Virus record (IMG/VR): IMGVR_UViG_3300048587_000983
Length of the DNA: 64,000 nucleotides
Origin: a virus
Reading direction: 5' to 3' (one strand)
Shown piece by piece: positions 45,111 through 52,701 of the stretch; position 1 is the first letter of the stretch; the number at the start of each line of letters is the position of its first letter. A program made the position numbers and the translations under genes. The notes under the pieces are model-generated. The model worked only from the letters and a program-made list of their open reading frames with translations, was not told where the DNA came from and made no database searches.

Positions 45111-45491
45111 TCAAATGGTGCCAAGCATAAGCTCTTCGTCTTCGCCCGTTCGCGCAAGATAGCGGAGGTATTCCTTCTGTTCTTTTGGAGGCATGGCGAG
45201 AACTCTTTTGGCTTCCTCGATACCCCGCTTCTGGGCGATCGCCCTAAGGACCCCGGCCAGCCCGCCGACAGCCAAGCCGGCCGCACCTCCGGCAAAAGCC
45301 CCAGGGACAGCGCGGTCCGCGGCACCGAAAAGAGCCCCCGTAACCCCGCCTAAACCAGCTCCGACGAGACCTCCTTTTAGTTTCGACAGCGGTTTTTTCT
45401 GCGCTGATTCTTCGAGCTCTTTTTTAAGAACACGAGCCTCGTAATCGTAGTCGTAAGCCCGCTTTTCAAAGCCGTTCCAAAATGCATGCAT
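45111..45491 (-). CDS. glycine-zipper membrane protein with FWxGFEK leader
   Basis: MHAFWNGFEKRA; GGLVGAGLGGVTGALFG and GAFAGGAAGLAVGGLAG; TGATG coupling to the RNAP gene. Confidence 0.8.
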   Translation of the reverse strand: MHAFWNGFEKRAYDYDYEARVLKKELEESAQKKPLSKLKGGLVGAGLGGVTGALFGAADRAVPGAFAGGAAGLAVGGLAGVLRAIAQKRGIEEAKRVLAMPPKEQKEYLRYLARTGEDEELMLGTI

Positions 45492-48400
45492 CAGTATTTC
45501 CCTTCCTTGCCTTTGCCAAACTCCGCTCCGTAGGCGAACGCCGGGATCGGATGGTAGTCACTCGTATTCGTGCTCCAGCCTTGCGAGGCCCCGGTCGTCA
45601 GCGCGCGCTGCAGCTGCTGATAGCCGAGAGCAGCCATCCAGTCTTTTCTCAAAAGAGGCAGATTGCGCACGGATTTGAGAAGTGGCGCATGAACTATGGG
45701 ATCCTTTTGAATCTTAACCGTTTTCACCGTGGCCGAAAGCCGGGAGATGTCCTCAGGGGTCATCTCGTGCCCCGCGCGAAGGCCTCCGGCAGACTCGGCG
45801 AGCTTAAAGCCGAGGCTCTCTTCGATCGGCACGTCCTGGGCGAGGTTTTTGTTGTGGTGCTGGGCCACCGTATAGGGGATCACATCCCCCGGAAGATAAC
45901 CCGTCCCTTTGGGAGCGTTCTGCACCTGGGTCGTATTGCCCATGGACCGCACAACGGTCTCAAAAATCTTTTTGTGGAGATTGACCCCCTGGCCCTCGTA
46001 GCTCTTTTTGAGCTCGGTGGCGAGGTAGTCCTGGGCGGCGTCCATCCCGAGGTGTTTCACGAGATCCTGGGGCTTGATAGGCCCCTCAGAAAGCGGCTCA
46101 CCACGCCTGACCTGCGAGCCCACCTGCACGCGAAGAGGTTTGCCCTGAGGAACATGCGCCTTTGTGTCTTTACCGATCGTCACGACAAAGCCGCCACCAA
46201 GACCCTTTTCGATCTTTGTCACCCGGCCATCGACCGGGGCAAGTGGCGCAGCGCCTGCGACCTGCTTTGGCATCTGAAGAAGCTGATCGATCCGGGCGTA
46301 GCCCTGAACGTCGGCCCCTGTGCCGGCAGCCCCGCCCGTGTGGAAAGTTCGCATCACCATCTGCACCAGCGGCTCACTTATCGTCTGGCCTGCCTTGGCA
46401 CCGATGTTCTCGCCTATCTCAGGCATGTGACCGTGCTCGTCGAGGCCATAGCACTTCGCGCATGTGCCTTTTGGGGCAAGACAGCGAAGTGGCGAGCGGA
46501 CCTTGATGCTTGAAAGACCGCGTTTTTTCAGCTCGTTGACCACCTTCGTGTCAACCAGGGTATTGTGAGAAAAGCCGCCCTGATCGCCCGCGAGGAAGCG
46601 GTCGTAGACATCGGTGTCCTCGATCTTGTGAGCGACCCCTTCTTTCGTTCCGCAGTCCTCTTTTGATATGACGTTTCCGATTGTGGTCGCCATGATGTCT
46701 TTTGAAAAGGCCCCGGGCAGCGAGGTCTGGATCGCCCTATCCATCATGCCTCGACGAGCCCCGTACATGCTGATCCAGTAATCGCCGACGTCCAGGCCTT
46801 CGGCGTAGGATTTTTTTATTGGGGTCGGGATAATGCGGCCCTTTTCGTCGCTCATAAAAAGAGGGGTCGCCACGATCTGCCTGAGCTGGCTTGAGTTGCC
46901 GCGCGCCCCTGAGCGGACCATATCGAAAAGCGGATTGTCTTTCCCTTCGAGCTTTTTCTCGATGACCTTGTCGATAAGGTTCGCCGCGCGCTTGTTGACG
47001 TCCATAAGCCGGGCCTGGTCGGTGGTCGCCGCAGCGGCTCTGGATGCACTCTCGACCACCCTGTCACGGATCGTCCCAAACTGCGCAATGTCTTCAAGAC
47101 CAAGTGTAAAGCCTCTTTCGTATGCGTGCTTTTCACCTTCGGCCTTGAGGTTGGCGACGATACTCGCATAGTCCTGCGGCGGCAGCTCTTTTGAAAGCTT
47201 CATGACAAGAGCCCCGGTCGCCTTTTTATCAAGGACACCCGTGACCTTATATTTCTCAGGCAGAAAGCGATTGAGGCTCTGGCGGCCAGCCGGCGTTTTT
47301 GAAAGGTAGAAAAGCCCAATCTGCGCCTCCTGGGAGGGCTGAATCATAAGCTTGCCCGACCCCGGCTGGAAGAGATTGCGCGAGGGCTTCAGCCGCTCGG
47401 CCTCTTTGTTGGCCTCATCTCCAATCGGCACGTGAACCGTCATCGTATCGCCGTCGAAGTCAGCATTGAATCCTTGAACGATAAGAGGCGGGATCTTGAT
47501 AGCCTTGCCGTCGGTGATCTTGGGCTTAAATGCCATGATCGAGAACTTATGCAGCGAAGGGGCTCTATTCAAAAGAACATGCCGCTGCTTCATGACATTA
47601 TCGAGTGCTCGGCGCGCAGTCTGCGTTTTCTTCTTGATGGCCTCTTTCGCGTCGAGGGGGTTCAGTCCGAAGTTGCGAAGCTCGCGCACGACGAAAGGTT
47701 CAAAGAGCGACCACGCCATAGGCTCGGGCATCGCCATTTCATCGACGCCAAGCGAGGGCTCAGGGATGATCGTCCCGCGGCCGACATAGTCCTGCTGCTT
47801 TGAGAGGAGCTTGCTGATAAAGAAGCCCTCTTTTGGCTGACCACCCGTGCCGCCCTTGATCTCGGCTATAAGGCCGTCCTTCGGCTTTCCTTTCATGGTC
47901 GTATTCGTAAGACCGACGACACCCTTCACGTGCTTATAAAGATCGGCGCGGACATCAGCCTTCGCATCCTCCGAAAGCAGGTCCATGACGGGAAGGTTCA
48001 TCACCGTGTTGACGACGCCCACGTTCTGATAAAGATCGTTCACGGGGGATGTCGCCACCTCGCCCGTTGGCAGTGGGTAGATGGGTCTATAGATGGGAGG
48101 CAGCACCGGAAGCTTTCTTCGGATGTAGGCCTCTTCAGGACGAAGACCTGTCTGCTTCAGCGCCGATAGGTAGCGAAGCTTTTTGTTCATGTCGTCAAGC
48201 TTCGAGCCAGTCGCATTCTGCGCTTTTCGCGTAAGGTTCTTAAGCTCCGCGTCGACGTCCATTTTCTTTAAAAGTGTTTCGATTCCCGCGCCGCCGGTGA
48301 CGCCCGTATGCTCGGTCGTGAGGCTGCCGTCAGGTTTAACGAAAAGCTTTCCTGCAACGATCTCGTCAAATTTCCCCGAGAGCCCGAGAAGTTTTCTCGC

Positions 48401-51400
48401 TGCCTCTTCAAACGCCGGGTTTACGACGGGCTCCTTCAGCTCAAGATGGCCCCACTTGGTTCCCTTGAGGCCGCCGAAGATCTTGCCATCGAAAAACCCG
48501 CCCTTGACGGGCTGAAAGTCCTTGGCGTGATAGAAGTGCGCCTTCTGCACGCCGCCGCTGCTCATCTTTTCGATCTGGGCGTCCGTGAGAGGGGCAAGCG
48601 TGAGTTTGGTCCCCTCCTTTTGGACATCGATGCCGGCCCCCTTCAGATAGGCCATGAATTTGTCGAATACAAACGGGGCCTTGGGCGGCGGCAGCTGCTG
48701 GCCGCTACGAAGTGCCTTCCAGTATTCGTCGTTGACGTTCGCTTTCAGCGAGCTCATCTCACGAAGGTTTGCCCGCGCCCCGTGGGAGAGGAGCGAATAC
48801 ATCGTCAGAAGGTCGAGCGATTTTGAGCCTTCCTCGCCGCCTGTTTTCAGGGGCTGAAGGTTACTGTCATACGGCATCCCAGGTCCGCCCTGGCGAACCG
48901 AGAAGTTGCCGGCCGATTGCTTGAAGAGCTTCAGGATGTATGGGTTTCCGACGTGCACCTGACCGAGGCTTTTGCCAGTCGAAGGATCAAAAAGTTCTTC
49001 CTTGTCAGACACCCCGTTTTCTTTAAGAAACTTTCGAGTTGTGCCAAGATAGTTTTGTCCTGTGAAGTTTTGAACCTTGTATGGAGCCCCAGCTTTGAGA
49101 GCCGCCTTGCCTGCAGCAGACTCGTAGATCTGACCAATGTTGATTCGTCCAATAACTCCGTGAGGATTGAGGAGGATATCGACAGCTCCGCCTCCAGCAT
49201 CCTTCGGCATCTGTCCATCGGGGAGGATTTTTGTGATGATGCCCTTGTTCCCCATGCGTCCCGAGAGCTTGTCGCCGATCTTTGCGCGCTCCTCGGTTCG
49301 TATGAAGACCGTGATCGTTCCCCCAACTTTAACCACTTCAGTGACAACGCCTTCGTCCTCGCCCGTCCAGCGAACGCTGGCATCCCGCGGTCTATCCGCG
49401 AGGGTTTTGGAGATAACCGCGATCTGAGCATCCCGATTCTTCCTCTCCATTGCTGCGATGATAATATCACCCGAGCGGACGCGCGAACCTTTTTTGATAA
49501 CGCCATCAGAACCAATTTTTGAGGCGTTGTCCGGACTCAGGAGCGCCGGGTAGTTCAGCCGGAAAAGCCCCTTGTCGAGAGTTGACTGGGGTGTTACCGC
49601 GTAGGATTTTTTGTGTATGTGCTCGCTCGTGAGCTTCTCAGCCGCAGACTCCGAGATTACAATCCCGTCCTCGAAGTTGTAGCCCTTGTAGGGAATATAT
49701 GCGGCGCGCAGGTTTGTGCCGAGCGCCAGCGTCCCGCCTTTTGTAAAATTGCTCTCCGCGAGGAGCTGATCCTTTTTCACCCGCTCCCCGACCTTGACCA
49801 CGGGCGTATGATGGAGAAAGCTTTTCCGGTTGAGCGAGAAGTTATTATAGAGGCTAATCTTCCGATCACCTCCAGCCGTCGTAAGAACGATCTCGTCCTC
49901 GCCAACCTTTTTTACAGTGCCTTCTTCAGGGGCACGAATCGCCACCTGGCGCCCGACGACCTCCTCCATGGATTGGCCGGTTGAAGTTCCGACTTGAACA
50001 AGCGGCGCCTCCCGGTGCTTAAGGCCGATGGCCTGCTCCAGCATTTTCGAGGCCATCATCGCCCGGTTCCCCTGGTTTGAGGGAAGAAAGGGGACAAGGT
50101 TTGTCGATGGAGAGAAAAGGGCCTCGGCGGTTGGCGTGAAGTAATCCACCTTGGAGACGGGCACCATAACGATCTGCCCGCGGTAGAGGGCCTTGACCGT
50201 ATCGCCCTTTTGCCCCGGAAAAGCCACGTACTTCTCCCAGCTTTCAATTGGCGTGAGAGCCTCAGGCTGCCCCGTCTTTGCATTTTTCAGGATGGCCTTA
50301 AGATTCTTGCCGTCCTTGATCACGCCCATTGGAAGGTGGAGGTTGACGCCTATTCGTTCTGATTCAGGCGTGTGGACGGGGTCTATGAAACCGTAATGCG
50401 AAGGGTGGACCTGCCGCATCTCGTCTTTGATTGCATGGCGCGATGTGATCCCGCCCGAACCCATGAAAGTCGCCTTGTGTCCGCCGGATAGCATCTCAAG
50501 GGGATTTGTCTGCTCGGGCGTTGCCGCCTTGTCGTCCTGCGTGAAAAACCCCTCGACCGTAGACGAGAACGCGGCCGGGTTTACGAGCTGGCTTATCTTC
50601 ACACGGCGCGGGTTATCGACCTGTCTTCGGATCTTGCGCTCCAGCTCTGTGCGGTTCTTTTCAAGACGCTCGGCTATGAAATCCTCCACGCTATGGATTT
50701 CTTTAAACGCGAGGGAGTCCCTGTCCACGGGTTCTTTTTTTCCAAGCTGCACATCAAGAAGGTTTTTGGACGCGGCCAAGAGCATTGGCCCATCGACCCT
50801 CTCAAACGAAGTCCCAAGCACCAGTTTCGTCGTATCCGCCGGCAGAGACGTTTTTCCAAAATACTCTCTGAGACCATCTTTTTTAACCCCGAACGCGGTT
50901 TCAGCACGCTGCACCGCTTTCGGATCAGTATTTTTGTTGGCCGCCTCTAGTTTGGAACCCCAGGTTTGAGCCATGAGTACAGGAGAGACGCCGAGATGAG
51001 TAAGAATAGGATAAAGAGGAATATTCGTCTGACCCCCGCCGATTTTCTGGATGGTGAAGACACCACTCCTCTCATCAAACGCGAGGTCAAAGTTCCTTCC
51101 TCGTGCCAGGTTAACTTGGGTTTTGAGTTGTCCATTTTGCTTCCTTATCGTGTAGACGCCAGAGCGCAGGCGAAGCTGGTTGTTCACCTGATACTCGTTG
51201 CCGGCGACGATATACGACGAGCGCGCCGTTGCCGTTGGAAGAAGAAAGAGCCTCACTTTCTCCGCGCGGTCAATCACTTTTCCTGTCGAATTTTCGACGA
51301 GTGACAGCGAGGCGTACACAGGAACCCCCCATGTCCCCTCACGAAGCTTTGTCTTTGCCTGGCCGGAAAAGTCGTCCGGAGCGGCTTTGTCGTCGGTCCA

Positions 51401-51517
51401 GACGTTATCAAGCTTCATCGTGCGGATTCGCCCAGTCACCGGAAAAATCGATCGGACGGCATTTACCGCAGCACTCTTCACCGATTCAGTTTGCTGTTTG
51501 GCGTCAAAATTTCGCAT
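45491..51517 (-). CDS. rpoBC: single-chain two-barrel RNA polymerase (fused beta-beta'), 2008 aa
   Basis: beta motifs HPSHYG.IDP..TPE, GYNFEDG, GDKLSGRMGNKG, NPHG..GRINIGQ; beta' motifs LLNRAPSLH, FNADFDGD (47447-47467), bridge helix GARRG, CAKCYG, trigger loop MRTFH.GG; no stop between the halves. Confidence 0.97.
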   Translation of the reverse strand: MRNFDAKQQTESVKSAAVNAVRSIFPVTGRIRTMKLDNVWTDDKAAPDDFSGQAKTKLREGTWGVPVYASLSLVENSTGKVIDRAEKVRLFLLPTATARSSYIVAGNEYQVNNQLRLRSGVYTIRKQNGQLKTQVNLARGRNFDLAFDERSGVFTIQKIGGGQTNIPLYPILTHLGVSPVLMAQTWGSKLEAANKNTDPKAVQRAETAFGVKKDGLREYFGKTSLPADTTKLVLGTSFERVDGPMLLAASKNLLDVQLGKKEPVDRDSLAFKEIHSVEDFIAERLEKNRTELERKIRRQVDNPRRVKISQLVNPAAFSSTVEGFFTQDDKAATPEQTNPLEMLSGGHKATFMGSGGITSRHAIKDEMRQVHPSHYGFIDPVHTPESERIGVNLHLPMGVIKDGKNLKAILKNAKTGQPEALTPIESWEKYVAFPGQKGDTVKALYRGQIVMVPVSKVDYFTPTAEALFSPSTNLVPFLPSNQGNRAMMASKMLEQAIGLKHREAPLVQVGTSTGQSMEEVVGRQVAIRAPEEGTVKKVGEDEIVLTTAGGDRKISLYNNFSLNRKSFLHHTPVVKVGERVKKDQLLAESNFTKGGTLALGTNLRAAYIPYKGYNFEDGIVISESAAEKLTSEHIHKKSYAVTPQSTLDKGLFRLNYPALLSPDNASKIGSDGVIKKGSRVRSGDIIIAAMERKNRDAQIAVISKTLADRPRDASVRWTGEDEGVVTEVVKVGGTITVFIRTEERAKIGDKLSGRMGNKGIITKILPDGQMPKDAGGGAVDILLNPHGVIGRINIGQIYESAAGKAALKAGAPYKVQNFTGQNYLGTTRKFLKENGVSDKEELFDPSTGKSLGQVHVGNPYILKLFKQSAGNFSVRQGGPGMPYDSNLQPLKTGGEEGSKSLDLLTMYSLLSHGARANLREMSSLKANVNDEYWKALRSGQQLPPPKAPFVFDKFMAYLKGAGIDVQKEGTKLTLAPLTDAQIEKMSSGGVQKAHFYHAKDFQPVKGGFFDGKIFGGLKGTKWGHLELKEPVVNPAFEEAARKLLGLSGKFDEIVAGKLFVKPDGSLTTEHTGVTGGAGIETLLKKMDVDAELKNLTRKAQNATGSKLDDMNKKLRYLSALKQTGLRPEEAYIRRKLPVLPPIYRPIYPLPTGEVATSPVNDLYQNVGVVNTVMNLPVMDLLSEDAKADVRADLYKHVKGVVGLTNTTMKGKPKDGLIAEIKGGTGGQPKEGFFISKLLSKQQDYVGRGTIIPEPSLGVDEMAMPEPMAWSLFEPFVVRELRNFGLNPLDAKEAIKKKTQTARRALDNVMKQRHVLLNRAPSLHKFSIMAFKPKITDGKAIKIPPLIVQGFNADFDGDTMTVHVPIGDEANKEAERLKPSRNLFQPGSGKLMIQPSQEAQIGLFYLSKTPAGRQSLNRFLPEKYKVTGVLDKKATGALVMKLSKELPPQDYASIVANLKAEGEKHAYERGFTLGLEDIAQFGTIRDRVVESASRAAAATTDQARLMDVNKRAANLIDKVIEKKLEGKDNPLFDMVRSGARGNSSQLRQIVATPLFMSDEKGRIIPTPIKKSYAEGLDVGDYWISMYGARRGMMDRAIQTSLPGAFSKDIMATTIGNVISKEDCGTKEGVAHKIEDTDVYDRFLAGDQGGFSHNTLVDTKVVNELKKRGLSSIKVRSPLRCLAPKGTCAKCYGLDEHGHMPEIGENIGAKAGQTISEPLVQMVMRTFHTGGAAGTGADVQGYARIDQLLQMPKQVAGAAPLAPVDGRVTKIEKGLGGGFVVTIGKDTKAHVPQGKPLRVQVGSQVRRGEPLSEGPIKPQDLVKHLGMDAAQDYLATELKKSYEGQGVNLHKKIFETVVRSMGNTTQVQNAPKGTGYLPGDVIPYTVAQHHNKNLAQDVPIEESLGFKLAESAGGLRAGHEMTPEDISRLSATVKTVKIQKDPIVHAPLLKSVRNLPLLRKDWMAALGYQQLQRALTTGASQGWSTNTSDYHPIPAFAYGAEFGKGKEGKY

Positions 51518-51668
51518 AGAAGTTGATATAAGCCTCCTGGCGGAGCGTTTAACTTTTCACTTTGAAAGGGGTTCTATAGACAAACTAGAGTAGTTTTCGT
51601 GAAAAATCACCTTTTCTTTCCGATGAGTTGTTTCTGAATGAACTGGCTTTACACAAGGAAGGCAAGCC

Positions 51669-52199
51669 ATGTCGATTAACGCTGAATTTGAAGCTGAAGT
51701 TTCGTCTGACCACGATAGTCCTTTTTCAAAAGCGCCCGGTGGAAACCCTTTCGGGGGTTTTGCGGGAGAGACGGGTGGAAACCCATTCCGCGATTCCCCC
51801 GGGGCGCAGCAGCGGAAATCGCCAAGCGGCGGATCGAAGCCGAACTTTGTGGTACGCGCGTGGCGAGTTGTGAAGGACTTCTTCGTCGGTATCGGAAGGG
51901 CTGTATTTTCACGACAGTTCTGGGTTGATTTTATAGCAACAGCGCTCCGTGATGCGCTTGCCGCTCTTGGGTATTCGATCGGCATGCGAATGGTCAAGAA
52001 AGCTGCGGCGACCGGTGACATCATCTTCCGTGACAAGAGCGGAATGGTGTCAGAGACTGAAGCAGCTGCGCAGGGTACGGCGTATGCGAGCCAGCAGTCC
52101 TGGCCGCCAAGAGCAAGGCCATCAGGTGGTTCCGTCCAGGACAATCTCATGGCTTACCCCGCTGACAGGCCGTACGCACAACGGTCGTTTGTAAACTGA
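51669..52199 (+). CDS. hypothetical protein with GGNPF repeats and amphipathic/hydrophobic helices
   Basis: 176-aa ORF divergent from the RNAP gene, SD AAGGAAGG. Confidence 0.65.
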   Translation: MSINAEFEAEVSSDHDSPFSKAPGGNPFGGFAGETGGNPFRDSPGAQQRKSPSGGSKPNFVVRAWRVVKDFFVGIGRAVFSRQFWVDFIATALRDALAALGYSIGMRMVKKAAATGDIIFRDKSGMVSETEAAAQGTAYASQQSWPPRARPSGGSVQDNLMAYPADRPYAQRSFVN

Positions 52200-52216
52200 G
52201 AAGGTTTGCGCATCGG

Positions 52217-52240
52217 TGCGCCCTGGGATCCCAGGGCGCA
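52217..52240. terminator. 24-bp perfect palindrome between convergent genes (probable bidirectional terminator)
   Basis: TGCGCCCTGGGATCCCAGGGCGCA followed by TTCTCATTTTTTT on +. Confidence 0.7.
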
Positions 52241-52264
52241 TTCTCATTTTTTTAGCTATGCCCA

Positions 52265-52507
52265 TCAGTAGTTCCGCGGGCCGCCGCCCGCTTGAACAGG
52301 CTTCACCTCAGGCGAATCGGTAAGCTTTCCGAGTCCGTAAAGACCGCCTCCAGCAGCGATGGTGCCAAGCGCCGCCTTCTGCTTGAGTTTAAAAAGAGGA
52401 CTTTTGCTCGTTCGCTTGTACCAGTGAAGAGGCATCATAAGGCCCTCAGCCATGCCCGCAGCGAGCTTTTCCTCAAACGCTTTCAGAGCAATGTTCTTTC
52501 CTGCCAT
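52265..52507 (-). CDS. small putative virion protein with hydrophobic Gly-rich segment
   Basis: AFEEKLAA near N-terminus; AALGTIAAGGGLYGLG. Confidence 0.65.
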   Translation of the reverse strand: MAGKNIALKAFEEKLAAGMAEGLMMPLHWYKRTSKSPLFKLKQKAALGTIAAGGGLYGLGKLTDSPEVKPVQAGGGPRNY

Positions 52508-52701
52508 GTCACCACCAGCTCCAAGTGATCCTGAATCGAGGTGATGCGCCCTGTGTCCGGGTCCATCTCCCGATTCGATATTTTTTCCTTGATGCGGTCG
52601 AGGATCTGCGCGTTTGGGTTATTCAGGATCGCCTCGTACTCTGCGCAGTCCTCTTTGTCATTGAGGTTGAACCGCTTTACAAATTTTCTTGTCGTATACA
52701 T
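52483..52701 (-). CDS. hypothetical protein
   Basis: 72-aa ORF, TAATG coupling to the portal gene. Confidence 0.65.
   Translation of the reverse strand: MYTTRKFVKRFNLNDKEDCAEYEAILNNPNAQILDRIKEKISNREMDPDTGRITSIQDHLELVVTWQERTLL

Noticed and set aside
45089-45325. N-terminal 79-aa extension of the SNF2 ORF in the ORF track
   Set aside because: It overlaps the 45111-45491 gene; ATG 45088 has a strong SD and begins exactly at the shared leader motif.
45491-51517. Bacterial chromosomal rpoB-rpoC locus
   Set aside because: No flanking ribosomal protein genes (rplKAJL, rpsL); neighbours are portal, terminase and fibre; the protein is about 700 aa shorter than cellular beta+beta' and highly diverged.
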